Virus record (IMG/VR): IMGVR_UViG_3300001782_000005
Location: 186,001-250,000 of that record
Strand: one strand, 5' to 3'
DNA: 64,000 nt
In this document: positions 36,814 to 46,655 of the stretch, in pieces
How positions within the stretch are numbered: the first letter of the stretch is position 1
Layout: every line of letters starts with the position of its first letter
The notes under the pieces: generated by a model
Told to the model about the DNA's origin: nothing
The model's input: only the letters and a program-made list of their open reading frames with translations
The model's database searches: none
Translations under genes and position numbers: made by a program

Positions 36814-37374
36814 CGTTATCACGTTGTTAGCTTTAGTATGTTTTAATTTCTTATGACTCTCAATGGCAGAGTCTATACATGCCTCTTTTGTTTCCTTATC
36901 TATAAGTTCAAGAACCTCTGTTTCCTTCAATATGAGTTCATCCGAATTAGAAGCTGTATTTACAGAATAAACCATTGAGAGGTTCTGAATCGTTATATAC
37001 CTTGCTACCTCAGGATCTTGTTCTACTTCCCTGCAATAAATGTATGCCCAGTAAGAGTCCGTTATATACTTTCTTACCTCTGGGCGATTTTCGATCTCTT
37101 TACAATAATAGTATGCATCCTCTGGTTCGGTTATATATTTTCGTATGGTTGGATAATCCACACAGAACCTACAATAGAAATAGGCATATTCGGAGGCAGT
37201 TATTCGACGCCTGATTCTAATATCATCTTTAACCCACCTACAGTATTCATATGCCCACTTTGGAGATGTAATTAAATTAGCGACTTCAAATAGGTTCTTT
37301 ACATCTCTGCAATATTCATATGCCCACTTAGAAATCTGTTCTTCTTCTAACCAAAGGTTCATAATGTCGTCCAT
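36799..37374 (-). CDS. 22-aa tandem repeat protein
   Basis: Five repeats of AYxYCRxVxDxPxIRKYIT. Confidence 0.7.
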   Translation of the reverse strand: MDDIMNLWLEEEQISKWAYEYCRDVKNLFEVANLITSPKWAYEYCRWVKDDIRIRRRITASEYAYFYCRFCVDYPTIRKYITEPEDAYYYCKEIENRPEVRKYITDSYWAYIYCREVEQDPEVARYITIQNLSMVYSVNTASNSDELILKETEVLELIDKETKEACIDSAIESHKKLKHTKANNVITKKLG

Positions 37375-37391
37375 AAAAAAAATTAAAGTTG

Positions 37392-37426
37392 CCCTACTGA
37401 CGAGCAGAGAAGACTCGTCAGTAGGG
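37392..37426 (-). terminator. Terminator of secreted-protein operon
   Basis: CCCTACTGACGAG/CTCGTCAGTAGGG 13-bp stem, T-tract shortly after on - strand. Confidence 0.65.
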
Positions 37427-37448
37427 GTTAATTGTCATATGAAGCTGG

Positions 37449-38231
37449 TTACTCCGCTAAAGGCTTCAGAGCAAACATTTGAATCCAGGGTTTACTCCTA
37501 TATCCAGCCTCACCGCCGGAGAATCCGAAACCACCGGAACCAACACCACCACTGTTCTGATTGTTTTTGGCAGTCTCAATCCATGCCTGAGTGTAGCTAA
37601 AACCAACGCCCCACCCGAAGGCCTTGATTACACGAGAATAACCTTCTGCAGTCAGAAACAACGTTTTGGCTCCCATGTCTAGAGCGGAAAGAGCAGCAGC
37701 CGCCAATACCTCCATTGAGGTTGAGTCTACATTCTTGCTTGATACATAAATAAGACCAACCTGCTGAACGGGGTATGAAGGTCGCTTAATTATAATCTCA
37801 ATGGTATCCTCAGCAGCTTTCTCGTCCTTCTTCTTTATAGGAACTAAGGATTTCGCATTGATCTTGATCCTACCGCCTGCCATGGCCTCCAGTTCAGCAC
37901 GAGTCCACACCTTCTTGAAGAGCAACATAACGCCTGCTTTCTGGAAGTTGTAGTCCTCTGTGGGCTGACCGAAGTACTGTGGATATCCGGGGTAATTAAC
38001 ATCGCCCGGTACCGGGAAGCTTCTGGGAATCTCCGAACCATACGTAGTGATGGTTGCACTAGGACTCCCACCTATCTGAAGTTGCGACTGCTCATTGTTG
38101 CTAAGGTTCTGGTTATCAACTTCATTAGCGTTGGAGTTGTCACCATTTGCAATAGCATCAGCGAAAACAGCAGGCGCACTCAGCACCAAGCAGGAAAGTA
38201 GTGCGACCAGAATGAATAGCTTACGCCTCAT
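37449..38231 (-). CDS. Secreted protein, Asn/Gln-rich N-terminus, Gly/aromatic C-terminal hairpin
   Basis: Start moved to MRRKLFILVALLSCLVLSAPAVFA (GGAGG RBS). Confidence 0.7.
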   Translation of the reverse strand: MRRKLFILVALLSCLVLSAPAVFADAIANGDNSNANEVDNQNLSNNEQSQLQIGGSPSATITTYGSEIPRSFPVPGDVNYPGYPQYFGQPTEDYNFQKAGVMLLFKKVWTRAELEAMAGGRIKINAKSLVPIKKKDEKAAEDTIEIIIKRPSYPVQQVGLIYVSSKNVDSTSMEVLAAAALSALDMGAKTLFLTAEGYSRVIKAFGWGVGFSYTQAWIETAKNNQNSGGVGSGGFGFSGGEAGYRSKPWIQMFALKPLAE

Positions 38232-38253
38232 AGGGTCTTTCCTCCTTTCCTGC

Positions 38254-39120
38254 TTAGAGACCGCCGAGTCCCTCATTATAGGTGATGGACCCGTCCAATA
38301 CCGGGACCGATCCTGCGCTGTTGATGGTGAGTTTGGTATATGACTGAGATGCCTGTTGCTGGACTCCAGAAGCTCCAACAAGGACACCTTCGCCATCAAA
38401 CACTGGCCGCTGTACCTGCTCTTGTATGAACACATTGTTCGCTTCAAGATCAAGATCAGCATCACCAACCATGCTTACTGCAGCGCCGACACATGACTCA
38501 TGACCACCACTCTGCTGCATGGCCAAGAGAACAACATTTTCCATCAACAGTTCGCCAGCTATTCCATAAGTTGGCATCCAGTCAATGTCAATGTCTATGT
38601 CAGTGTCAGAATCGAAGTCAGCCTCGACCTCGGTTTCTGATTCTGCTTCTGCTTCAGAATCGGACATAGCAAGGGCACCAGCGCCAGCAACGGCTCCTGA
38701 ACCGCTCAGGGCACCAGCACCAGCTATTTCAATAGCTTCGCCCTCTCCGCTAGTATTTGCATTAGCGGTTGCATCACTGTCTCCAGTAGCGTTTGCATTT
38801 GCATCCGCATCCGAATCAGAAGTTGCGGTAGAGTCTGCAGTGGCATCGCTGCTAGCACTGTAACTCTCGTCGATGTTGATGTCTACAATCAACTGATCAT
38901 TGAACACAGGATTCCAGCTGAGACTGAGACTCTCAATTGAGAGATCAATCATGGACTGTTCGGCACAACAGGTTTCATGGTTGTTCCAAACAATACCATC
39001 AACTCCACTGGGTTGACCAATTGTCAGAGATGCATCGAGATCCTTGGGCGGATCAGCGAGAGACGGTACCGCAAAGGAGACCAGTGCAACAGCCAACAGT
39101 ATAGCTAAGACTTTCTTCAT
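38254..39120 (-). CDS. Secreted acidic Ala/Ser/Asp low-complexity protein
   Basis: Signal peptide MKKVLAILLAVALVSFAVPSLA; alternating beta-type pattern. Confidence 0.75.
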   Translation of the reverse strand: MKKVLAILLAVALVSFAVPSLADPPKDLDASLTIGQPSGVDGIVWNNHETCCAEQSMIDLSIESLSLSWNPVFNDQLIVDINIDESYSASSDATADSTATSDSDADANANATGDSDATANANTSGEGEAIEIAGAGALSGSGAVAGAGALAMSDSEAEAESETEVEADFDSDTDIDIDIDWMPTYGIAGELLMENVVLLAMQQSGGHESCVGAAVSMVGDADLDLEANNVFIQEQVQRPVFDGEGVLVGASGVQQQASQSYTKLTINSAGSVPVLDGSITYNEGLGGL

Positions 39121-39150
39121 GTCTTTTGCCTCCTTAATGTTTATGTAGGG

Positions 39151-39603
39151 TTAGTTAGTTGACGTTGATACAACTGAACTGGTGGATGTTTGTGTACTAG
39201 TTCCCGTTTGAACTCCGATATATCCGTTAGCTGCAAGACCAACTTGATTCTGCACATTGGTCTGATAAGCGTTAGCACCACCGGATGTAAACACACGAGT
39301 CTTATCTGTACAGTTGAGATCAGTTGTTGATTGGATTACCTGAATGACTTCCTGATCGGAAATCTGACTCATTTCTGCATCAGCGGGCATGGCCCAATAC
39401 TTAGCATCATAATCCAAACCGACATCTTCAGCTGTTACCGTAAGACCCTGAGCACGATTTTCAAGACGTGTGCTCTGATCGTACTCTTGATATATGACCT
39501 GCTTAGCATCCGTATTGGCATTGGTGGCACCATCGTCCGCATAGACGGAACTAGTGAGTACGAAGACCAACACGAGAACTAGAAAGACTATTGTCTTCCT
39601 CAT
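39151..39603 (-). CDS. Secreted Thr/Gln/Asn-rich protein
   Basis: Signal peptide ending VYA. Confidence 0.75.
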   Translation of the reverse strand: MRKTIVFLVLVLVFVLTSSVYADDGATNANTDAKQVIYQEYDQSTRLENRAQGLTVTAEDVGLDYDAKYWAMPADAEMSQISDQEVIQVIQSTTDLNCTDKTRVFTSGGANAYQTNVQNQVGLAANGYIGVQTGTSTQTSTSSVVSTSTN

Positions 39604-39635
39604 GTGGTCACTCCTTTCTCAGTGATCGGAGGTTC

Positions 39636-40622
39636 TTATCGAGGGACGTTACATTCTAACACACCAGCTGCAGTGAAACTGCTAACTGACCCTGCTTGGT
39701 AACCGCCTTGAACCTGGCCAGCCACAACACCGTCTCCAGCCCAACTAAGGGTGGTACCACGGTGAGTTTCGAAAGAGCAGTTTTCAGCATAGGATCCGCT
39801 CATGGCCAAGGTTTCTGACTTAGTCTTGGTCTCATCCTTGGTCTCGGTCACACTCTTGTCCCAGCTCTCTGACTTATCTTTGGTCTCAGTTACACTTTTA
39901 TCCCAAGATTCAGATGAGCTACCGGAACCTGAGAGATCGCCGGAGAAGGTGTGAGTATCTGTCTCGGTGACTGACTCTGACTTATTATAGTCACAGTCAG
40001 GGCAGTCAGAGTCTTCCTGAGTGTCGTTGTCAGTGAATGTCCCAGTTGAGGTTTCTGTCACAGTTTCCTCATCCGTACACTCTGCATTCGCAGCGATTTC
40101 AAATGAACCCTCACTGGAGGAGTCCTCATCGACTACTTTGGTCTCAGTCTTTGACTCGACGTAATCTTCATCGACAACCTTGGTCTTTTCCTTGGACTCG
40201 GTCTTCGTTTCATCATACTGCTTGTCGAACGACCAAGTACCATCTTTGGAACTTTCCATGGTGAAGTATTTGTCAATGTTGATTGAACCCTCACCCAAAG
40301 TGGCAAGTTGACCTTGACCATCAAACTGCATGGCCTCACCCTGAGCGCTCTGCATGGTGAAACCACCCACAACAGCATCTTCACAGTCTTCACAGTCGAT
40401 GGTTGCGGAGGTATCAGCCTCAAGCAGCATCTCTTTCTTGGATGATTGGAGCATTTCTCCACCGATAGTATCTCCACCCTCATTCTGAATGGCCTGGGCA
40501 CCCTGGAATTGCTCATCAGTCATGCCCTGGTAGAGTTCGGCCGAACCACTGATATCTGCCAGCGCCGGGCCGGCAAAAATCAGCAGAACGATGGAAAGTA
40601 ATACAATAACTTTCGTCTTCAT
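39636..40622 (-). CDS. Secreted Thr/Glu/Ser-rich protein with internal duplications
   Basis: Signal peptide ending ALA; ESWDKSVTETKD x2, TKVVDED x2, CxxC pairs. Confidence 0.75.
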   Translation of the reverse strand: MKTKVIVLLSIVLLIFAGPALADISGSAELYQGMTDEQFQGAQAIQNEGGDTIGGEMLQSSKKEMLLEADTSATIDCEDCEDAVVGGFTMQSAQGEAMQFDGQGQLATLGEGSINIDKYFTMESSKDGTWSFDKQYDETKTESKEKTKVVDEDYVESKTETKVVDEDSSSEGSFEIAANAECTDEETVTETSTGTFTDNDTQEDSDCPDCDYNKSESVTETDTHTFSGDLSGSGSSSESWDKSVTETKDKSESWDKSVTETKDETKTKSETLAMSGSYAENCSFETHRGTTLSWAGDGVVAGQVQGGYQAGSVSSFTAAGVLECNVPR

Positions 40623-40735
40623 GTCTTTGTTCCTCCTTTCAAAGGGGAATTTAATTAGTTTGAAAAGTAAATACCTCTACCTCTAAAACCTACTTATGAC
40701 CACCCCCTTCCATGTTTAGATTTGATCGCTGTTGA

Positions 40736-41278
40736 TCATTGAGAGAAGGATTGTTCCTTCTTGGGTTGTCTTACTTTATAATATGCATCACCAATAGCAA
40801 CTAAAGGAAGCCCTTGGTTATCATAAAGGATGGCTCTCAATTTTACAGTAGAACCAGGATCAACAGGACCATAGATGGTGACATAATTATTAAGTTTGCT
40901 AGTGGGTCCACTAACATACTCAACCTTCCTGGTGCGCCCCTTAAAGGGTTTAGACACGTCTAGCCACGATTGAACTTTATACTCAATGTTTTTCGGATTT
41001 TTGATCCAGGCATTGAGTGTTACGCCCTTGACATTCTCAGGAAGATACATTTTTTCGTTGACCTTGAAATAGATTGGATATGGTTCTAACTCCTCTCCTC
41101 CAAGATCTTTCATTATCCACCCTGCAGCATAATACTGAACCCTTATATCTACCTCTGGATCCGGGACCCTTAGATATTCTTGCTCATTACTCATAGGGTA
41201 TCCGTCGACCAAAACAGTCATATTTGGCGCACAGGAGACAGCAACAAAAATAAGTAACACATACATCTTACGCCACAT
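40736..41278 (-). CDS. Lipoprotein
   Basis: Short signal peptide with lipobox-like VAVSC. Confidence 0.65.
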   Translation of the reverse strand: MWRKMYVLLIFVAVSCAPNMTVLVDGYPMSNEQEYLRVPDPEVDIRVQYYAAGWIMKDLGGEELEPYPIYFKVNEKMYLPENVKGVTLNAWIKNPKNIEYKVQSWLDVSKPFKGRTRKVEYVSGPTSKLNNYVTIYGPVDPGSTVKLRAILYDNQGLPLVAIGDAYYKVRQPKKEQSFSQ

Positions 41279-41302
41279 AGGCGTCCTCCTTCCATTTTTT
41301 TG

Positions 41303-41932
41303 CTATCTCGGTTGTACTTCGTTTCTTGGACTACCCGTTGATGGTGAGGATGCATAAGAACCGTTGCTGCCCTGGTTTGGTTGAGATGAACTATTTACAG
41401 ATTGACCATTAGATGGTCCACTACCCGGGTAACCTTTTGGGCAACCTGGACATACTACTTGTACTTGTGGGCAACAGGTAGTATGGCGTTCAAGCCAAAT
41501 TTTGGTTATTCCTCCAACCTCTTGATGATCGGTTTTGGGATATTGAAGAGAAAACAGTTCATCCCTTGATTCTTCAACCTCGTCGTCATCTTCGGATTTT
41601 GGTTGATCTATGCATCTCGCTCGCATTGCTTGATCATATTGAGAGAGTGCAACCCCAGCCTTTTCTTTCTTGTCAATCGCTGCGAAGACTTGATCGCAGG
41701 TTGGAGTATTGTCAACGACAATCTTAGTGTCGATATCCGGGTCTTTGGTGTCATATTTGCCTGGTGGCAAACTTATGTTCTCGCCCGGATTGTCCATGGT
41801 AGGACTGTCTGCTTTCAATGGCAACTCAATCAACTCTATACCTGGGTCATGTACATTGTCTTCGGCTAAGGTAAAAGTTGATATTAATGCAATTGAAAGA
41901 ATGATAAAAAATACTAGTAAGATTCTCCTCAT
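41303..41932 (-). CDS. Secreted/membrane-anchored Cys-containing protein
   Basis: Signal peptide ending TLA; Ser/Pro/Gly tail. Confidence 0.65.
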   Translation of the reverse strand: MRRILLVFFIILSIALISTFTLAEDNVHDPGIELIELPLKADSPTMDNPGENISLPPGKYDTKDPDIDTKIVVDNTPTCDQVFAAIDKKEKAGVALSQYDQAMRARCIDQPKSEDDDEVEESRDELFSLQYPKTDHQEVGGITKIWLERHTTCCPQVQVVCPGCPKGYPGSGPSNGQSVNSSSQPNQGSNGSYASSPSTGSPRNEVQPR

Positions 41933-41966
41933 ACACTACCTCCTTTCATTTGTGGAAAAACTATAT

Positions 41967-42045
41967 AAAAAATTGGGTGGGGTAACTCCAATGGCGCGGT
42001 GCCGGAATTAATGGTTATGAATCGGGGAGCCCCCACCAATTTTTT
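41967..42045. other. Long imperfect inverted repeat (terminator/attenuator) upstream of secreted operon
   Basis: AAAAAATTGG.GTGGGG...CCCCACCAATTTTTT arms. Confidence 0.5.
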
Positions 42046-42047
42046 CG

Positions 42048-42239
42048 CTACTTACAAGCGTCTTTTACAGCCTGGTTGATGATGTCTGTTGGTGTCATAA
42101 AAGACATCGTTGTGATAGGTTTCTCGATACCTGGGCTGTAGAACTCAATACATTCCCTTTCAAAATTTACTTTGATTAAATCATTTGATTTAATCATCTC
42201 AATGATCTCAGGATCAAGATCTTGAATGTATGGTGACAT
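42048..42239 (-). CDS. Hypothetical protein
   Basis: GAGG RBS; class-1 motif at 42300-42313. Confidence 0.5.
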   Translation of the reverse strand: MSPYIQDLDPEIIEMIKSNDLIKVNFERECIEFYSPGIEKPITTMSFMTPTDIINQAVKDACK

Positions 42240-42343
42240 CGTATAACCTCTCTTTTTACGGTTTTTAAAGAAAACATCAACCCTGGTCTAATTATTAGTA
42301 ATTAATATATATAAGGATTAATTTAATAATAAAAAGAGAAGGT

Positions 42344-42378
42344 AGGCGAAGAGAGTAAAAACTAGTCCCTCTTCGCCT
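42344..42378 (-). terminator. Hairpin/terminator downstream of candidate ncRNA
   Basis: AGGCGAAGAG/CTCTTCGCCT 10-bp stem. Confidence 0.55.
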
Positions 42379-42393
42379 TTAGTTTGTGTGGAA

Positions 42394-42503
42394 CTCTGGA
42401 GGCCACGACTCCCCCGCCGAATGCCCATTATGGCGGGCGCACCACTTCCCAGCGGCAGGTTCCTCCCACCGATTATGTGCATCCTACTGCACCACCTCCA
42501 GAG
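42394..42503 (-). ncRNA. GC-rich multibranch structured RNA of unknown class
   Basis: CTCTGGAGG/CCTCCAGAG closing stem, internal GTGCA/TGCAC, CGGTGGG/CCTGCCG, CCCGCC/GGCGGG hairpins; class-1 motif at 42539-42553 upstream. Confidence 0.55.
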
Positions 42504-42659
42504 ACACTAAAAAAACGAAACAAACCCACTACTCTAGAAATTAATATATATAGAACATATACTAAATACAAAAAATTAGATTATGCTGACAATAGATATT
42601 AATTAGAACAAATTTTAAAACCACAATAGACTTTATCCTAAGAGGGGAGATTAGGTAAG

Positions 42660-43907
42660 ATGGGTAATCCGACTCCAAGTCAAGAGAGAATAGTTGACCC
42701 TTATGCATCTTATCATAGCAATGTTGTAAACAGACTAACCCGGATGATAACTACCGGACTCAATTGTTTATTTGGTACACATTCAATTGAAGTCACACAA
42801 TTATCAACCACGGAAGTCGAATGCTCAGAGGGTCAATGTTTTAAGGATGACGTACTGATTCAAACGACTGCTACCCTAACAGTTGATTTTGAAGATGAGG
42901 ATTTTTATGTTGATCCATCTGGAGGGTGGTGGAACGAAATAGGATATTACTATGTTGTCCTTGATTATGTTTATACAAAATCTAGACCCGCCCCAGAAGC
43001 TACCATCAAAATTATCCTACCAAGTCAAACTGCAACATTATTTAATTCTGATAGATATTTATTTCTAAAAGCAGTTGAAGTATCATGGAGCGGATCCGCA
43101 TTTGAAATTGATGATGTGTGGGATTTTGACCCAGCAACTCCAACAAATAGACGAGTCTATGCTCCTCTCTTTGCAGGTGTTCAAGATACAGTTCCGGCAT
43201 TTGATCAGGATGAACATGAGGCTAGAATTATCTACGTAAGGTCGACTGACAGATTATATTGGGGCACGTCTGCTCGTTGGGAAACATTTAATGCAATTAG
43301 AGATAATATTGATACAATTGGAATGACTGTTGGTCAATTAGGTTATGTTGATGCAGGTGGTGCTATGCAACCTGCTATTGCCGATTCTATTGACCATCAA
43401 GCAGACGCAGTTATTATTCAAGTTGGTTATGAGGCCGATGGCAGCGGTAAAGTTAGAATGGCCGGTCGTGCTGATGACGTACCAGTTGAAACTGGAGTTA
43501 CAGTTGCTATTGGTGATACTCTTTATTTATCTACAACCGAAGCAGGTACAGTCACAAATGTTGTACCGCCTGCTTTTCGCCAGACAGTTGGAACAGCAAT
43601 AAGTGCAGCAACAGGTCCAAGTACAATTAGTATATGGTTTTTCCCTGGTAATATGTATTTCGTTGCTGGTGCAAGTATTGTTAGAGATAACATTACTGCA
43701 CCAGGTGATTGGACCCTAAGCGCTGGGAATTATTATTATGATGTTGATATTTCTTCCCTTGGAGGTCTACAGGTAACTAGTGCATTTTTTGATGGGGTTG
43801 ACAAAATCTATCCCATGCATGAAGAACTCATCACTGTCCCGCCTTATAAACTCAGAGTATGGATGCCAGTGAATACCGTATCTCTCGACGCTATCATAAT
43901 AGGTTAA
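42660..43907 (+). CDS. Virion structural protein (tail/baseplate region)
   Basis: First gene of structural operon (class-2 motif 42606-42619); DUF2190-like GDTLYLS..AG.VT..P..F.Q.VG segment. Confidence 0.6.
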   Translation: MGNPTPSQERIVDPYASYHSNVVNRLTRMITTGLNCLFGTHSIEVTQLSTTEVECSEGQCFKDDVLIQTTATLTVDFEDEDFYVDPSGGWWNEIGYYYVVLDYVYTKSRPAPEATIKIILPSQTATLFNSDRYLFLKAVEVSWSGSAFEIDDVWDFDPATPTNRRVYAPLFAGVQDTVPAFDQDEHEARIIYVRSTDRLYWGTSARWETFNAIRDNIDTIGMTVGQLGYVDAGGAMQPAIADSIDHQADAVIIQVGYEADGSGKVRMAGRADDVPVETGVTVAIGDTLYLSTTEAGTVTNVVPPAFRQTVGTAISAATGPSTISIWFFPGNMYFVAGASIVRDNITAPGDWTLSAGNYYYDVDISSLGGLQVTSAFFDGVDKIYPMHEELITVPPYKLRVWMPVNTVSLDAIIIG

Positions 43908-43920
43908 CGGAGGATTCTAA

Positions 43921-45123
43921 ATGAGTAAAAATTATGGAACCCAGATGGAAGGTCCGTTTATTGGACAACGAGTACCAACTCTTCCAGTATGGACTCCAGC
44001 AGATGAAGGAAGAGAAATCTATACAGAAGATACTAGATTAAGATACTACGGTACTGATACAGGTTGGAGAGAGTACGGTGCAGGTGGAGGCGGCGGTTCT
44101 GAGTTTGATATGTACGCCGATATGCTTGGTCGGTCGATATATCTTAATTGTGGTTGGGATGGGTTTCTTGATGAATCATTTGTTGACCTTTTAAACTCTA
44201 CAATGACATATGATGCCACAGACAATAAGTATACTTTTACTCCTGGTCAAGTATTACAGAGTTTAAATTTCTATGATCCTTTACTAGGAATAACAATAAC
44301 AGAATGTATGGTTTATATTGATTATGACGACACAGTATCTCCTACAATAGAAGTTACAGCAGATGGTGGAGCAAATTGGGAAACTACTGCTAATGGAGGA
44401 GTTCATATATTTTCAAACACTGGAACAGATCTAAGAATGCGAATTACTGGGGGCGGAAATGGAGAGGTTAGGAGTTGGGGTGTATTCTATAATCCAGACC
44501 CAACAGCAAACCAATTACTTAATGTAGTCCCCTCTGGTACAGTTACGATGTTTGCTGGAATCGCCGCTCCTCCTGGTTGGTTATTATGTGATGGCAGTCC
44601 ATATCTTGTAGCAGATTATCCGGAGCTACACTCAGCCATAGGTTATATTTGGGGTGGGGCGGGAGCAACCTTTAATGTACCCGATCTTCGCCAAAGAGGT
44701 CCATATGGTCCTGGTGGTGGTCGAGCTGTAGGTGATACAGGCGGCAGCGAAACAAAAGATGTATCACATACTCATTCCTTCGATGATGGTGGTCATACAC
44801 ACACAATTGCGAGTGACGGCGATCATACACATGACGTTACTGTTTACGCAAGTGATAAAACTGGAGTTATTGTTCCTCATAAACCTGAGCCTCTAACAGT
44901 ATTTCAGGATAGTATTAGCGTTGATCAAGATTGGGCTGGTTTGTCAAAACCTGGTGTTTTTTCTGGAGTAGGAAAGATTGAAACAAGCGACGTAGACGGT
45001 GATCATGATCACGGCGGATCAACAGGATCAGCAAATGCTTCTGGAACAACCGATTCAGGTGGATCTGCAAGTCAAGATGTCTTAAACCCGATTGCAGTTG
45101 TTAATTTTATTATTAAGTTCTAA
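43921..45123 (+). CDS. Tail fibre protein with tail-collar domain
   Basis: PSGTVTMFAG..APPGWLLCDG...YPEL...IG..W.....FNVPDLR; HTH repeats; VNFIIK end. Confidence 0.85.
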   Translation: MSKNYGTQMEGPFIGQRVPTLPVWTPADEGREIYTEDTRLRYYGTDTGWREYGAGGGGGSEFDMYADMLGRSIYLNCGWDGFLDESFVDLLNSTMTYDATDNKYTFTPGQVLQSLNFYDPLLGITITECMVYIDYDDTVSPTIEVTADGGANWETTANGGVHIFSNTGTDLRMRITGGGNGEVRSWGVFYNPDPTANQLLNVVPSGTVTMFAGIAAPPGWLLCDGSPYLVADYPELHSAIGYIWGGAGATFNVPDLRQRGPYGPGGGRAVGDTGGSETKDVSHTHSFDDGGHTHTIASDGDHTHDVTVYASDKTGVIVPHKPEPLTVFQDSISVDQDWAGLSKPGVFSGVGKIETSDVDGDHDHGGSTGSANASGTTDSGGSASQDVLNPIAVVNFIIKF

Positions 45124-45141
45124 TATGAGGGAGTATACCAA

Positions 45142-45963
45142 ATGTCAATTGTCAAAGAAACGTCTAGTGGAGAGCACTATTTAGAGAAAATTACGACGGA
45201 AGGAGATGCACCTTATATCTCTGGTCTTCAATTGTATCAGAGAAATGTAGGTTCTGATGGAGCATCTGGTAATACTGTCTTTACTCTCACTAAACCTTAT
45301 TCTCCAGGATCAAATACTCTTTTTGTCTATTTAAATGGTCAGAAATGTACTTTGGAAGCAGCTCCAAGTCTTCCAAATGAGTATGAAGAAACTGATCCAG
45401 TTACAGTTACATTTGGTGCTTCCCTTCTTGCAAGTGACATTATTGAGTTTATTGTAGTTGGTGCTTATGTACTTGACGAAACTGAGGCAGAAAATATTCT
45501 TGGTATTGTAACAGGAACTAAAATGTATTTTTATCAGGCTGCTGCTCCAACTGGTTGGACAATTGACGCTACCCTTGGAGATGCAGTATTGGCAGTTCAT
45601 GGTTCTTCAAGTTATGCTGGTTCAGGTAGTGGTGGAGTGCAAGCAGGCACATGGACCCAACCGAATCATAACCATTCAATCACTGGTGAATCTGACCATA
45701 CTCACGATGTTACAATCTATGCAAGTGATAAAACTGGAACTATTGTCACTCATAAAGCAGAATCAGTAACAGCTATTATAACTGACGCGGTTGATGTTGC
45801 TTGGATCTCTACCTCAGGTCCAGCTAGTTATACTGGAGCAGGTAAAATTGAAACGAGTGAGGCGGAAGGTGCACATGATCATGGTGGAGTAACAGGAAAT
45901 GCAGCAACAACAAGTACCTGGCGCCCATTTGCTAATGTAGGTATTATAGCAACCAGAAATTAG
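45142..45963 (+). CDS. Tail fibre-related protein
   Basis: FYQAAAPTGWT collar-like start, HxH repeats, WRPFANVGIIA end. Confidence 0.7.
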   Translation: MSIVKETSSGEHYLEKITTEGDAPYISGLQLYQRNVGSDGASGNTVFTLTKPYSPGSNTLFVYLNGQKCTLEAAPSLPNEYEETDPVTVTFGASLLASDIIEFIVVGAYVLDETEAENILGIVTGTKMYFYQAAAPTGWTIDATLGDAVLAVHGSSSYAGSGSGGVQAGTWTQPNHNHSITGESDHTHDVTIYASDKTGTIVTHKAESVTAIITDAVDVAWISTSGPASYTGAGKIETSEAEGAHDHGGVTGNAATTSTWRPFANVGIIATRN

Positions 45964-45973
45964 GAGAATCTAG

Positions 45974-46306
45974 ATGACTGTTTATTATAAGGTTTTTGAT
46001 GAAGAAGGAAACTTTTCCCACTTCTCAAAATTTCCTACAAAAAAAGGGGATGAACCATATGCTTCTGATCACCCTGAAGTTATAACTGAGAGAAAGAGAT
46101 CTATCAAAGATACTCTAAATCCTGATGAGAATTTATTTACTCACAGGGAGAAGAGGGGACCTGAATATCCTAATCATAAAGATCAATTAGATTATATTAT
46201 GAAAGGGTTTAAATATCTGTATGACCAAGGGATTGATGTCGGGCCAGATATTAAAGAGTGGCTCAATAAGTGTTTGGCAGTAAAGGAGAAATATCCAAAG
46301 GAGTAA
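45974..46306 (+). CDS. Tail fibre assembly chaperone-like protein
   Basis: R..EYP...DQLD...K.KYPK pattern next to fibre genes. Confidence 0.55.
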   Translation: MTVYYKVFDEEGNFSHFSKFPTKKGDEPYASDHPEVITERKRSIKDTLNPDENLFTHREKRGPEYPNHKDQLDYIMKGFKYLYDQGIDVGPDIKEWLNKCLAVKEKYPKE

Positions 46307-46310
46307 AAGG

Positions 46311-46655
46311 ATGTACTGCGATGGAGTCTGTGAAAAGGATGGGAAGAAATGTGGTCATTATATAACCCTTACTATGCATGATACTCAGACCACGAAGACA
46401 AGTGTTATTGATCTATGTAGATTTCAAGCTATACTTGATTCTCTTCTTAGGATGGAAAAAAATCACTTAGGTATTCAGCAAGCGGTTGAGAGTCAAAGAA
46501 ATGAAGAAGTCAAAACCGGTGACAAACTTGCACAAGCAATGGATACTGGATTTAGACGAGTTGCAAAAGCAACAAAAGATTCTATAGTTTCGTTAAAACC
46601 AGAGAAGAAAAAAGTTAGCCAAAAATTACTAAGTTTTTTAAAGGGAGATAGTTAA
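46311..46655 (+). CDS. Hypothetical protein
   Basis: Operon ORF. Confidence 0.5.
   Translation: MYCDGVCEKDGKKCGHYITLTMHDTQTTKTSVIDLCRFQAILDSLLRMEKNHLGIQQAVESQRNEEVKTGDKLAQAMDTGFRRVAKATKDSIVSLKPEKKKVSQKLLSFLKGDS

Noticed and set aside
42394-42503. SRP (4.5S) RNA
   Set aside because: Lacks the conserved helix-8 CAGG...GGAA...AGCA pattern.
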